DNA of 59,888 bases from Candidatus Levybacteria bacterium RIFCSPLOWO2_02_FULL_37_18 (GTDB lineage Bacteria > Patescibacteriota > Microgenomatia > Levybacterales > UBA12049): positions 1 to 59,888 of the forward strand of contig MFPD01000020.1 of assembly GCA_001784115.1 (NCBI GenBank). Direction: 5' to 3'. Numbering within the stretch: the stretch's first letter is position 1; the number at the start of each line of letters is the position of its first letter. The translations under genes and the position numbers were made by a program. This document shows, one piece after another, positions 8,757 to 18,936 of this stretch. The notes beneath the pieces are model-generated. The model had not been told where the DNA came from. It did no database searches and saw nothing but the letters and a program-made list of their open reading frames with translations.

Positions 8757-9934
8757 AGAAGATATTATTCATTGTTGTTTTTTTAGTATTTATCTCTCAT
8801 TTCTTCTTTCGAGTTTATTCCTATAAAGAAAATTATGTATCACGATTTGATCCAAAATACTGGAAAGACAGATATCTTAATTCCCAATGGGTAGATCCAT
8901 CTGGTTGTGATTGGGATCCACATATTAATCCGGTAACATGTGTATGGGACGATGCATGGTTTGCTGCTCATCCTGTAGAAAATTATGTGCCAGGAAAAAA
9001 TGAGCCAATTGGAGATGATGGATTATATGCATATGCTGGTTGGGAATATGTTCATGGAAAAGACCCGTCTCTTCTAAACGCGGAAATTCCTCCCCTAGGA
9101 AAATATCTGATTGGACTATCAATACTTATTTTTAACAATCAAAACATTTTTGCATTCATCAGTGGAATTTTATTTCTCATCTCTTTTTATTTTCTTAATA
9201 CCAAAATTTTTAAAGAAAAAGTTTTAGCTTTTTTACCAGTTGCTTTATTTTCTTTTGAGCCGCTTTTTTATACACAACTTCGGGCTCCTTTTTTAGATCT
9301 TCTCTACGGAACATTTCTGTTTTTAGTTTTTTATTTTTTCCTCACAAAAAAATATATTTTGTCCAGTATTTTTTTAGGGTGTATGATGGCAACGAAAGCT
9401 TCTGTTGCTACGTTTGCCATTACAGAAGGAAGTATTTTTTTATATCTTTTTACAACAAGAAAAATTAATGAGATAAAAAACATAGTATTTCTCAGTCCAG
9501 TTGCTTTTTTTGTTCTCACTCTTTCCTATTTACGATATTTTTTATTAGGACATAACATATTCGGGTTTCTTAAAGTTCAAAAATGGATTATTTCTTTCTA
9601 TGGAATGGGGGCAAAAGGAAAATTTGCAGATATTTTTCAAATGATCATGACTGGAAAATGGTCAACATGGTTTAGTGCGACAATTCCGGTTACCGAATGG
9701 CAGATTACCTGGCCACTAGTATTTATATTTTCTTTTTTATGTATTATATTGATTTTTAAGTATAAATATATTGATGCATCATTTCTTTTTGTTTCTTGGA
9801 TTTTTGTGTATGGAGCTTTCTTATTATTAATTCCGGTTTTTCCCCGCTACCTTTTGATACTTCTTCCATTTTTTTACACTCTTTTAGTATATGTTGTCAA
9901 ACGATTTCGTTCTGAAGTTTTTAAGTCTTCATGA
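8753..9934 (+). CDS. GT-C-type membrane glycosyltransferase (GDDGLY family, copy 1)
   Basis: Polytopic; acidic loop-1 motif GDDGLYAYAG, E.PPLGKYLIG, PRYLL; ATGA overlap with the upstream gene. Confidence 0.7.
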   Translation: MKKILFIVVFLVFISHFFFRVYSYKENYVSRFDPKYWKDRYLNSQWVDPSGCDWDPHINPVTCVWDDAWFAAHPVENYVPGKNEPIGDDGLYAYAGWEYVHGKDPSLLNAEIPPLGKYLIGLSILIFNNQNIFAFISGILFLISFYFLNTKIFKEKVLAFLPVALFSFEPLFYTQLRAPFLDLLYGTFLFLVFYFFLTKKYILSSIFLGCMMATKASVATFAITEGSIFLYLFTTRKINEIKNIVFLSPVAFFVLTLSYLRYFLLGHNIFGFLKVQKWIISFYGMGAKGKFADIFQMIMTGKWSTWFSATIPVTEWQITWPLVFIFSFLCIILIFKYKYIDASFLFVSWIFVYGAFLLLIPVFPRYLLILLPFFYTLLVYVVKRFRSEVFKSS

Positions 9935-9993
9935 TACAATACGCTGTATGATTCCACGGATAAAAATATCGACAATAAAAGATTTCTTAGAAA

Positions 9994-10707
9994 ATGGATT
10001 TTAAAGAAATAAAAATAGCGATCATAATTCCAACATATAAGGAAAGTGAAAGTATAAGTATTTTAGCAGATAGAATTTTAACTATTTTTCCGAATGCAAA
10101 AATAATCATAGTGGATGATTCTCCGGTTAAGGAAAATACAAAAATCAAAGAACAGTTTAAAAAAAAGAAGGATACAATAAATATCTGCTCTCGATTTAAA
10201 AAAGAAGGTAGAGGGAGTGCGGTGATTGTGGGTTTTAAACAAGCTTTAAAAAATAAAGCAACAGACTTCTTTTTTGAAATGGACGCAGATTTAGCACATA
10301 ACCCGGATGAGATTGTGAACTTCCTTAAAAAAAGGAATCAAGCAGATGTAATAGTTGGCTCTAGATATTTATCCGAAAGTAAAATAACACAATGGCCTCT
10401 GAGAAGACTTATTCTTAGTAAGACGATAAACGCCTTTTTAAAAATTTGGTTGGGAATTAATCTCACTGATTATACTAACGGGTTTAGAATGTATAACAGA
10501 AAATCCATAGAGTATGTGTGTAGCGTATCTTTAAAGGAAAAAGGTTTTATCTTACTTTCAGAAGTTATCTACAGATTAAAAAAAGCAGGATTTAAAATTA
10601 TCGAAATTCCCATTACTTTTAAAGATCGAACATATGGAAAGTCTAATGCAGGAATTAGGGAACATGTGAATTCATTAATCGGTTTAGTAAGAATTCGATT
10701 TTCGTAG
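9994..10707 (+). CDS. GT2, polyprenol-phosphate mannose synthase-like (Dpm1/Ppm1 type)
   Basis: IIIPTYKE, VDDSP, GRGSAV, EMDADLAHNP, GSRY, DYTNGFRMY, EIPITFKDRTYGKS. Confidence 0.85.
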   Translation: MDFKEIKIAIIIPTYKESESISILADRILTIFPNAKIIIVDDSPVKENTKIKEQFKKKKDTINICSRFKKEGRGSAVIVGFKQALKNKATDFFFEMDADLAHNPDEIVNFLKKRNQADVIVGSRYLSESKITQWPLRRLILSKTINAFLKIWLGINLTDYTNGFRMYNRKSIEYVCSVSLKEKGFILLSEVIYRLKKAGFKIIEIPITFKDRTYGKSNAGIREHVNSLIGLVRIRFS

Positions 10708-10722
10708 AATGCAATCTTTATA

Positions 10723-11808
10723 ATGAAACAAAAGATTTTTTGCATCTTAATAGTTTTTTTTGTTTTACACCTTATAGTAAGGGTATATTCATTTAGGAAA
10801 AATTTTACCACACCCTATAATTCTCATTATTGGAAAGAAAGATACGAAAGATCACAATGGATTACTTTTATGTCCACAGAGCCAATTGGAGATGACGGAT
10901 TATATGCGTATGCTGGTTGGGAATATGTTCATGGAAAGAACCCAGTTCTTAATAGTCCTGAGGTTCCTCCCCTAGGAAAATATCTGATTGGACTATCAAT
11001 ACTTATTTTTAACAATCAAAACATTTTTGCACTTTTAATAGGACTTTGTACGTTACTGGTTTTCTATATCCACAACATGGAGATTTTCAAAGATAAATTC
11101 CAAGCTTTTCTTCCGGTTTTTCTTTTTAGCTTTGAGCCAATTTTTTTTGAACAGATAAAAGCACCATATCTTGATCTTCTACAGCTTCTTTTTTTATTAC
11201 TTATTTTTATTTGCATTCATAGAAAAAAAATAGTTTTATCTGGAGTATTTTTAGGTTGTTTTGCAGCAACAAAAAATACCTATTTATCTCTTCTTGTAGT
11301 GGCAACAGTTTCGGGTTATCTTCTAACGCAAAAAGACAAAAAAAAACTTTTACATTCCTCCGTGGGGGTGCTCATATCATTTTCTATATTCATAGCATCT
11401 TACGCTAGATTCTTCATGTTAGGAAATTCTTTTTTAGATTTTCTTAGAGTCCAAAAAGGGATACTTATCAATAATTACTTTATGGCTGCAAAATCAAAAT
11501 TAGGAATCGTGATTCCCATGTTTTTTACGGGGTATTGGTTTACCTGGTGGGATGGTATACAAAGGGTAGCGGAATGGTTACCAACGTGGCCTGTTTTATG
11601 TCTTGTTTTACTTTATTATATAATAACGCATAAAGAAAATTGTTTTTTAAACAAGTTCTCTTTAAATTTTATTTGGATAGGATTGTATTTATTTTTTTTA
11701 CTGTTTGTTCCAGTATTCCCACGTTATTTGCTTCTTCTTTTGCCTTTTATGTATAATCTTTTTGTATGGGTTTTATCAAAAAATATCGCATCGAGATTAT
11801 TACATTAG
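10723..11808 (+). CDS. GT-C-type membrane glycosyltransferase (GDDGLY family, copy 2)
   Basis: Clear paralog of 8753-9934: EPIGDDGLYAYAGWEYVHGK, PPLGKYLIG, PVFPRYLL. Confidence 0.7.
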   Translation: MKQKIFCILIVFFVLHLIVRVYSFRKNFTTPYNSHYWKERYERSQWITFMSTEPIGDDGLYAYAGWEYVHGKNPVLNSPEVPPLGKYLIGLSILIFNNQNIFALLIGLCTLLVFYIHNMEIFKDKFQAFLPVFLFSFEPIFFEQIKAPYLDLLQLLFLLLIFICIHRKKIVLSGVFLGCFAATKNTYLSLLVVATVSGYLLTQKDKKKLLHSSVGVLISFSIFIASYARFFMLGNSFLDFLRVQKGILINNYFMAAKSKLGIVIPMFFTGYWFTWWDGIQRVAEWLPTWPVLCLVLLYYIITHKENCFLNKFSLNFIWIGLYLFFLLFVPVFPRYLLLLLPFMYNLFVWVLSKNIASRLLH

Positions 11809-13286
11809 CATTATTTACTGTTATCTACTTTTTTATCCGATTCACAAATATACTCACTCTTCCCATTTTTACAGACGAAGCTATTTATGTAAGGTGGGCT
11901 CAGATTGCCAAGCAAGATGCGAATTGGAGGTTTATATCCTTAACAGACGGAAAACAGCCAATGTTTGTTTGGATGACAATTCTTCTAATGCGTATAGTAA
12001 AAGATCCGCTTTTGGCCGGAAGAAGTATCTCGGTGTTTTCTGGATTTTTTACTATGATTGGCCTTTATTTTTTGGGTAATGAACTTTTTAAAAATCGAAA
12101 ATTAGGACTAATTTGTTCTTTCCTTTATCTCATATTTCCGTTTGCTCTTGTTTACGATAGGATGGCACTTTATGACAGTTTGGTAGGAGCTTTTGCGGTC
12201 TGGGGATTTTACTTGGAAGTTTTATTAGCTAGAAGACTTCGACTGGATATAGCTTTGATAGCAAGTTTTGTAATTGGCGGGGGAATGTTAACAAAAACGA
12301 ATGCCTTTTTTAATCTCTACTTACTTCCTTTAACTCTTATTTTTTTTGATTTCAAAAATAAACAATTAAAGCAAAACATTATAAAATGGATTGGACTTTG
12401 TGGCGTGGTTTTTATTTTGAGCAATGTATATTATTCAATTTTACGACTTTCACCCTTTTTTCACATAATAACCGAAAAGAATGCGCTTTTTGTGTATCCT
12501 TTTAAGCAGTGGCTTATGCATCCATTTACGTATTTTTGGGGTAACCTTTTGATTGGAGAAAAAGACTGGTTAATAAAATACATGACAATACCAATTCTTT
12601 TATCTGTAGTTGCTGCATATTTTATTGATAAAAAGTTTTTGAAAGAAAAAATAATTCTTTTTATATGGTTTCTGATCCCCTTTTTGTATCTTGCTCTTTT
12701 TGGAAATGCTATTTATCCAAGATTTATTTTTTTTATGACTTTGTTTTTGCTTCCGCTTGCTGCATTTACCATTCAAAGGGTATCATTGTTAATACCTAAC
12801 AAAAAGTTGTATATTGTTTTTTGTTTGGCTGTTTTTTCATTTTCCTTTTACAGCGATTATTTTATTATTTTTAGTTTTTCAAAAGCTCCAATACCGTATT
12901 CTGATGTGAACCAATATAATAATGATTGGCCATCGGGAACAGGAGTCAAAGAATCTATTCAATTTTTTAAAGACAAAGCAAAAAAAGGAAAAATTTATAT
13001 AGCAACACAGGGAACTTTTGGACTTATGCCAGCAGCTTATGAAATGTATCTTAGTGATAATAAAAATATAGAACTTAAAGGTTATTGGCCAATAGAAGAT
13101 TTTGTTCCGAAAGAAGTATTACGAAAAAGTAAAACTATGCCGACATATTTTGTATTTCATGAACCGTGTGTTCCATGCGAAGGAAAAGGACTAGCTCCTG
13201 TCTTATGGGAAGCCAAATCAGTGCTTCAGATAGAAAAGATAACTAAGTCAGCATATTTTACGGTATATCAAATTAGTCCGCAATGA
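11766..13286 (+). CDS. GT-C glycosyltransferase, PMT_2/ArnT-like
   Basis: TM1-R..LPIFTDEAIY, DGKQP, GRSISV, YDRMALYDSL, YPRFI; soluble C-terminal domain. Confidence 0.78.
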   Translation: MGFIKKYRIEIITLALFTVIYFFIRFTNILTLPIFTDEAIYVRWAQIAKQDANWRFISLTDGKQPMFVWMTILLMRIVKDPLLAGRSISVFSGFFTMIGLYFLGNELFKNRKLGLICSFLYLIFPFALVYDRMALYDSLVGAFAVWGFYLEVLLARRLRLDIALIASFVIGGGMLTKTNAFFNLYLLPLTLIFFDFKNKQLKQNIIKWIGLCGVVFILSNVYYSILRLSPFFHIITEKNALFVYPFKQWLMHPFTYFWGNLLIGEKDWLIKYMTIPILLSVVAAYFIDKKFLKEKIILFIWFLIPFLYLALFGNAIYPRFIFFMTLFLLPLAAFTIQRVSLLIPNKKLYIVFCLAVFSFSFYSDYFIIFSFSKAPIPYSDVNQYNNDWPSGTGVKESIQFFKDKAKKGKIYIATQGTFGLMPAAYEMYLSDNKNIELKGYWPIEDFVPKEVLRKSKTMPTYFVFHEPCVPCEGKGLAPVLWEAKSVLQIEKITKSAYFTVYQISPQ

Positions 13287-15640
13287 GAAAATTTTTAATA
13301 GGGATTTTCTTTCTTTTTTTGACATTTTTTTTCTTTTATCCGATTTTCAAAGGGTTTATCCCATTTCCGGGAGACCTTCTTTCCTCAGAGTATCAACCGT
13401 ATCGATCGTATTCGTATTTAGGATATAATCCCGGAAGTATTCCAAATAAAGGTCAAGGGCAGGATACAATTAGGATGATGTATCCATGGAAATATTTTAG
13501 CATCGAAGCTTTAAAACATGGACAAATGCCCCTGTGGAATCCGTATAATTTTTCCGGGAATCCACATTTTGCAAATCTTCAATCAGGAACTTTTTATCCG
13601 GAAAATATTTTATTTTTCTTGTTGCCTTTTAATGCAGCATGGGCAATGTATATCATGTCTCAACCCTTTTTGGCCGGAGTTTTTCTTTACATTTTCTTAA
13701 GGAGCATTGGGCAAAAAAAAGCATCATCTTTTTTTGGAGGAGTTGTTTTTGCATATTCTTCCTTTATGGTTGTATGGCTTGAGTATGGGAATTTGATAAG
13801 TACTTTTCTTTGGCTTCCTCTTGCGCTCTTTTTTATTGATAGTTTTATAAAATCTTCCAAGATATTAAGGCTTGGCGGTTTGATAGTTTGTTTTCTTTTT
13901 TCGATTTCCGGAGGATATATACAGCTGTTTATGTATCTTTACATAATTTCGGTTTCGTTTGCAGTTTATGTTTTACTTAGGAATAAAAAGAACTTTTCTT
14001 ACCAAAAAACTATTTTACTGACATCAGCATTTGTTGTGCCGTTTTTCCTAAGCGCTGCTATTTTACTACCGCTTTTTGAGATATTTAAAAACTCGGCAAG
14101 AAATGCTTATACGTTTTCGGAACTTCCCGAACGTCTTATTCCGCTTAAAAATCTAATTACCATTGTCGTTCCCGACTTTTTTGGAAATCCTGCTACGAGA
14201 AATTATTGGATAAAAGGAACATATATAGAGAGAGTTTCATATATTGGGATAATCCCACTTTTATTTTCTTTAGTTTCTTGGAAGATGAGAAAAAGGGGAT
14301 ATGTAATATTTTTTATAAGCACCGCTATAGCAAGTTATGTATCCACGCTTAATATTTTTCCCGTACAATTATTCCATTCGCTTGGTTTTCCGTTTGTCTC
14401 AACTGGAGTTCCAAGCAGAATATTATCTGTTTATTGTTTTTCCATGGCAGTTCTTGCGTCTTATGGGTTTAGTTATTGGCAAGAGGCAAGAAAACTCAAG
14501 GAGTTTTACATCGCATTTTTCATTCTTTTGGGAATTGTTTTAACTTCTTGGATATTTGTTTCCATTTTTCATTATCCACAGGCATCCATAACAAAACATA
14601 ATCTTGTATTGCCTACATTATTTATTCTGGCAATCGGAATATTGTTATTCATCCAAAAATTGATATCAAGAAAAATTATTTTATTTGTTTTTTTTATTCT
14701 CACTATTTTTGATTTATTCTTTTTCTTTAGAAAAATAATTCCTTTTTCACCGCAGATTCTTACATACCCTAAAACCGAGGTAATGGAAAAGCTTCGCTCG
14801 ATACAAGGAATTAACAGATCGTGGGGATATGGATCGGCATTTATTGATGCAAATCTCCAACTGCAGGAGAGAATATATGCCACAGACGGCTATGATCCTT
14901 TGTTCATAAAAAGGTATGCAGAATTTGTTTCTTCGTCAAAAAACGGTCAAACACCGGTGATTATTGATAGGTCTAACGTGAATGTGGCGACAGGATATGG
15001 AGAAAGTGATCTAAGCACTAACATCTATCGCCAAAAAGTATTAGATCTTTTGGGTGTAAAATACATTCTTCATAAAACAAGCCAGAAAAATCCCGACACT
15101 GTCATCTTCCCAGAAAAAAGATATAAGCTACTATGGCAAAGTGGTGACTGGCAAATATATGAAAACAAGCAGGCACTTCCGCGTGTTTTTTTAGCAAAAA
15201 ATTTTGTCGTTGAAAAAGACAAGAGAAAAATACTAGATTTGATTTTAGATAAAAATTTTGATTTACAAAACACTGTAATTCTTGAGAAATCACTTCCTTC
15301 AGAGTTTAATAATAATAAAGATGAAAATGCGGGAATTGTATTAGAAAAATACGATCCAAATACTATAATAGTAAAAACTCGGTCAGAATCGCCTTCCTTA
15401 CTTTTTCTGTCGGATAATTATTTTCCCGGTTGGAGAGTGAATATCGACGGAAAACCATCTACAATATATAGAGCAGATTATACGTTTAGAGCTGTTCCTG
15501 TGATGAAAGGAAAGCATCAGGTGGAAATGTGGTACCATCCTGATTCATTTGCCTTGGGAGTAAAAATATCAACAATTACGTTTATATCATTGATACTATA
15601 CGTAGTATATAATGCTTTTAAGAAAAAAAGGAATGTTTAA
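13283..15640 (+). CDS. YfhO-like GT-C membrane protein (copy 1)
   Basis: YPWK, PLWNPYNFSGNP..AN.QS..FYP, PDFFGNP, GYDPL, LGVKYI, SDNYFPGW...DG, RAV.V..GKH.V. Confidence 0.8.
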   Translation: MRKFLIGIFFLFLTFFFFYPIFKGFIPFPGDLLSSEYQPYRSYSYLGYNPGSIPNKGQGQDTIRMMYPWKYFSIEALKHGQMPLWNPYNFSGNPHFANLQSGTFYPENILFFLLPFNAAWAMYIMSQPFLAGVFLYIFLRSIGQKKASSFFGGVVFAYSSFMVVWLEYGNLISTFLWLPLALFFIDSFIKSSKILRLGGLIVCFLFSISGGYIQLFMYLYIISVSFAVYVLLRNKKNFSYQKTILLTSAFVVPFFLSAAILLPLFEIFKNSARNAYTFSELPERLIPLKNLITIVVPDFFGNPATRNYWIKGTYIERVSYIGIIPLLFSLVSWKMRKRGYVIFFISTAIASYVSTLNIFPVQLFHSLGFPFVSTGVPSRILSVYCFSMAVLASYGFSYWQEARKLKEFYIAFFILLGIVLTSWIFVSIFHYPQASITKHNLVLPTLFILAIGILLFIQKLISRKIILFVFFILTIFDLFFFFRKIIPFSPQILTYPKTEVMEKLRSIQGINRSWGYGSAFIDANLQLQERIYATDGYDPLFIKRYAEFVSSSKNGQTPVIIDRSNVNVATGYGESDLSTNIYRQKVLDLLGVKYILHKTSQKNPDTVIFPEKRYKLLWQSGDWQIYENKQALPRVFLAKNFVVEKDKRKILDLILDKNFDLQNTVILEKSLPSEFNNNKDENAGIVLEKYDPNTIIVKTRSESPSLLFLSDNYFPGWRVNIDGKPSTIYRADYTFRAVPVMKGKHQVEMWYHPDSFALGVKISTITFISLILYVVYNAFKKKRNV

Positions 15641-17288
15641 CAAACATAAAATAATTTTTTTATCATTGGGAGTAATTTTTTTTGTTGGTTTATTTATAAG
15701 ATTAAATGCTTTAAGTTCTTTTCCCGTTGGTTTTCATCAAGATGAAGCAAGTGTAGGATACAATGGGTATTCACTCTTAATAACTGGAAAAGATGAAAAC
15801 AATAATCCCTTTCCTTTGTATATAGACATGTTTGGAGATAATAGACCATCCGGTTACCATTATTTGACTATAATTCCAATTATGTTGTTTGGCCTTACAG
15901 AATTTTCCACGAGGCTTCCAGGAGCGATTTTTGGAAGCTTAACAATTATAGCCTTTTTTTTCTTAACACACGCAGTGTTTAAAAATAAACTGCTGGGTCT
16001 TGTAAGCTCACTCCTTCTTGCTCTTGCTCCATGGCATGTGTCGCTTTCGAGAGCAAGCGATGAAGCAATCGTTGCTTTGTTTTTTATAGTAGTAGGATTT
16101 ACTTTTTTTATTCATAGTATAAGAAACAACAGTAAAAAACAAATGATAATAGGTACTTTTATTCTCATAGTAAGTTTTTTCTTTTATCATACCCCTAGGG
16201 TTTTCGTTCCCTTACTATTTTTTATAGCCCTTATTTCATGTTTCCCAATTCTTAAAAAGACAAACCGAGAATATAAAATTGCCTGCATATTTTTGTTTCT
16301 TTTTATTTCTTTGATAGCTTTTGTGCTTGTATTTTCCATTCCTGGAGGGACAGGGAGGTTTGGCCAAGTTAATATATTTAGTAATTTTCAAACTGTGTTT
16401 TTTCAAACGCAACAGATCCAAGAGGACGCAATAGCACAATCTTCCTACTTCGCTTCTCGTTTCTTTCATAATAAAATTACAAATGTATTATTAGTTTTTA
16501 TTTCGAACTATTTTGATTATTTCGGGTTAAACTTCCTTTTTACAAAAGGAGGGTTGCCCATTTGGTATTCCATTCCCCGCCAGGGATTGCTGTATTTGAT
16601 TGAGCTTCCGTTTATTGCTATAGGCATGTATCAGCTTATAAGGCGTAAGGTCGATCTGATTCATGTTATTCCATTGTACTGGTTACTAATTGGTCCGTTT
16701 GTGGCAGCAATTACTATGGATGATGTACCCAATATTAACCGGTCTCTTGTAATGTTTCCCATGTTTGATCTAGTAGCTGCTTTCGGATTTCTATATGTAG
16801 TTAATAATCTTAAGAGAAAACAAGGATTACTCTTTATTTTGCTATCGGTGTCGGCACTTTTAGTAAGCTTTTTTTATTTTTTACATCAATATTATTACAA
16901 TGCAAAAACTCATAATCCATGGTATCGAAATAATGGGTTTAAAGCAATGATGGAGGAGGTAAAAAAATCATACAATTCGTACGATAAGGTTGTTATAACA
17001 AAATACCAAGGGGGGACGTACCCTCTTGTTTTGTTTTATATGAAGTTTGATCCAAGGCAGTATCAAAAAGAAGGATCTCCGAAGAGTAAAGAGTACGGGG
17101 GATTTGGAAAATTCTTTTTTGTCCCTCAGGATTGTCCATCGGTACAAACAACAGATAAAACCCCCAGTGGCCGTATTCTTTTTGTAGATTACGGAGGTTG
17201 TAAGTGGGACAAATCTCTTGCTTTTAAAAAAATTACTTTTATTGACCGTGAAGATAGATCAAAAGCGTTTCGCATGGTATATGAATAG
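15633..17288 (+). CDS. GT-C glycosyltransferase, PMT_2/ArnT-like (DEA-GYN family, copy 1)
   Basis: FHQDEASVGYNGYS, GKDE, FGLTEFSTRLP, LAPWHVSLSR. Start moved to ATG 15633, overlapping the previous stop. Confidence 0.8.
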   Translation: MFNKHKIIFLSLGVIFFVGLFIRLNALSSFPVGFHQDEASVGYNGYSLLITGKDENNNPFPLYIDMFGDNRPSGYHYLTIIPIMLFGLTEFSTRLPGAIFGSLTIIAFFFLTHAVFKNKLLGLVSSLLLALAPWHVSLSRASDEAIVALFFIVVGFTFFIHSIRNNSKKQMIIGTFILIVSFFFYHTPRVFVPLLFFIALISCFPILKKTNREYKIACIFLFLFISLIAFVLVFSIPGGTGRFGQVNIFSNFQTVFFQTQQIQEDAIAQSSYFASRFFHNKITNVLLVFISNYFDYFGLNFLFTKGGLPIWYSIPRQGLLYLIELPFIAIGMYQLIRRKVDLIHVIPLYWLLIGPFVAAITMDDVPNINRSLVMFPMFDLVAAFGFLYVVNNLKRKQGLLFILLSVSALLVSFFYFLHQYYYNAKTHNPWYRNNGFKAMMEEVKKSYNSYDKVVITKYQGGTYPLVLFYMKFDPRQYQKEGSPKSKEYGGFGKFFFVPQDCPSVQTTDKTPSGRILFVDYGGCKWDKSLAFKKITFIDREDRSKAFRMVYE

Positions 17289-18936
17289 TTTTTTAAAAAA
17301 ACGCTTAATACGATATATTTTTTTTTCAATCTTAATTCTTAGTATTTTCTTGCGATTTAACCAGTTAGGAAATAATCCGCCAAGCTTAGATTGGGATGAA
17401 GCAAGTCTCGGATACAATGCGTATGCTCTATTAAAAACTGGAGCGGATGAATATGGAAATAAATTTCCAATGAGTATTCGTTCGTTTGACGATTACAAAC
17501 CTCCACTGTATGCATACCTGATTGTTTCTTCTATCGCATTTTATGGTTTGAATGAGTTTGGTGTTAGATTTCCGAGTGCTATTTTAGGAGTAGTTGCTGT
17601 AATTCTTACTTATTTTTTTGCCAAAGAGTTATTCAAATCAATAGATCAAAAGGAAACTATTGCGCTTTGTTCCTCTTTTTTTATGGCAATAAGTCCTTGG
17701 CATTTACAATTTTCTCGGGCTGCGTTTGAAGGAAATGTGGGTCTCACTTTTTTTCTCTTAGGTATGCTTTTATTTCTTAAAGGCTTAAAAAAGCCTTATT
17801 TTTTATTACTTTCAGGAATTTCTTATGTATTAAGCATGTATTCTTACCATAGCTTTCGTCTTATTGTTCCATCCGTATTATTAGCAAGCAGTATGATTTT
17901 TTATCAAGCCTTATGGCAGAAAAAATTCTATTCATGTATTACATTTTTATCTATGATTGTTTTATCTGTACCTATTTTTCTCAGTATATTTTCAGTTTCA
18001 GGTACTGGTGCAAGACTTTCTATGGTAACGATTTTTTCACCTGCAGAAACACTTCATGCATCAATTAATAGGTTGCGACTTGATCAAAAAAGAGGAAACA
18101 CAATCGGAGAACTATTTCATAACAGAAGAGTTACATATTTTCTTGCAATAGCCAAAGGATACCTTGATCATTATAATCCCGACTTTTTATTTTTACATGG
18201 TGATGGAGGAAAACAACATCATGCAGTGGATACGGGAATGTTATATTTATTTGAGCTGCCATTTATTATTGTTGGTTTTGTTTTTTTGTTTCAAAAATTC
18301 GACAGACGAATTCTTTTTTTTACTACATACTTTTTTTTAAGCCCGATTGCTTCTGCAATTTCTACAGGTACCCCTCATCCGGTGAGAGCCATTGCCATGA
18401 TTCCGGCTTTTCATATACTTACTGCATTAGGAGTTGTTATGTCTTATTATTTGCTTTACAGGATTGGTAGATTTTTCAAGCTTGGAATTGTTTTTTTTGT
18501 CTCAACACTTTTTATTTTTAATTTTTTATATTATCTTCATCAATATTATGTTCACACACCTATTGAGTATGGGTATTTTTGGCAATATGGTAATAAAGAA
18601 GCTGTTTATTTTGCATTAGAATCTGAAAAAAAATATAACAAGATTATCATGACATACGGCTATGATCAACCATATATTTATTATTTGTTTTATGGAAAAA
18701 TAGACCCTCTGTGGTATCAGAATCATTGGAATTATAATGGTAACGGGAAATTAGATAGGTTTAAAAGGATAATAGGAAAATATGAGTTTAGACCTATTCA
18801 ATATGGGGTAGATAGTCGTATTCCCAAAACGCTTCTTATAGGAACACCTGAGGAAATTCCAAAAAATAGGAAAATAATTAAGGAGATATTATTTCCAGAC
18901 GGACGAACCGCCTACCGAATTTCGTCTTCATTATGA
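17281..18936 (+). CDS. GT-C glycosyltransferase, PMT_2/ArnT-like (DEA-GYN family, copy 2)
   Basis: LDWDEASLGYNAY, GADEYG, SFDDYKPP, ISPWHLQFSRAAFE, WQYG. Start at ATG 17281. Confidence 0.8.
   Translation: MNSFLKKRLIRYIFFSILILSIFLRFNQLGNNPPSLDWDEASLGYNAYALLKTGADEYGNKFPMSIRSFDDYKPPLYAYLIVSSIAFYGLNEFGVRFPSAILGVVAVILTYFFAKELFKSIDQKETIALCSSFFMAISPWHLQFSRAAFEGNVGLTFFLLGMLLFLKGLKKPYFLLLSGISYVLSMYSYHSFRLIVPSVLLASSMIFYQALWQKKFYSCITFLSMIVLSVPIFLSIFSVSGTGARLSMVTIFSPAETLHASINRLRLDQKRGNTIGELFHNRRVTYFLAIAKGYLDHYNPDFLFLHGDGGKQHHAVDTGMLYLFELPFIIVGFVFLFQKFDRRILFFTTYFFLSPIASAISTGTPHPVRAIAMIPAFHILTALGVVMSYYLLYRIGRFFKLGIVFFVSTLFIFNFLYYLHQYYVHTPIEYGYFWQYGNKEAVYFALESEKKYNKIIMTYGYDQPYIYYLFYGKIDPLWYQNHWNYNGNGKLDRFKRIIGKYEFRPIQYGVDSRIPKTLLIGTPEEIPKNRKIIKEILFPDGRTAYRISSSL

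Noticed and set aside
9002-11031. DGR template/variable repeat pair
   Set aside because: Mismatches are not adenine-specific, both copies lie in N-terminal coding regions, and no reverse transcriptase is in the window.
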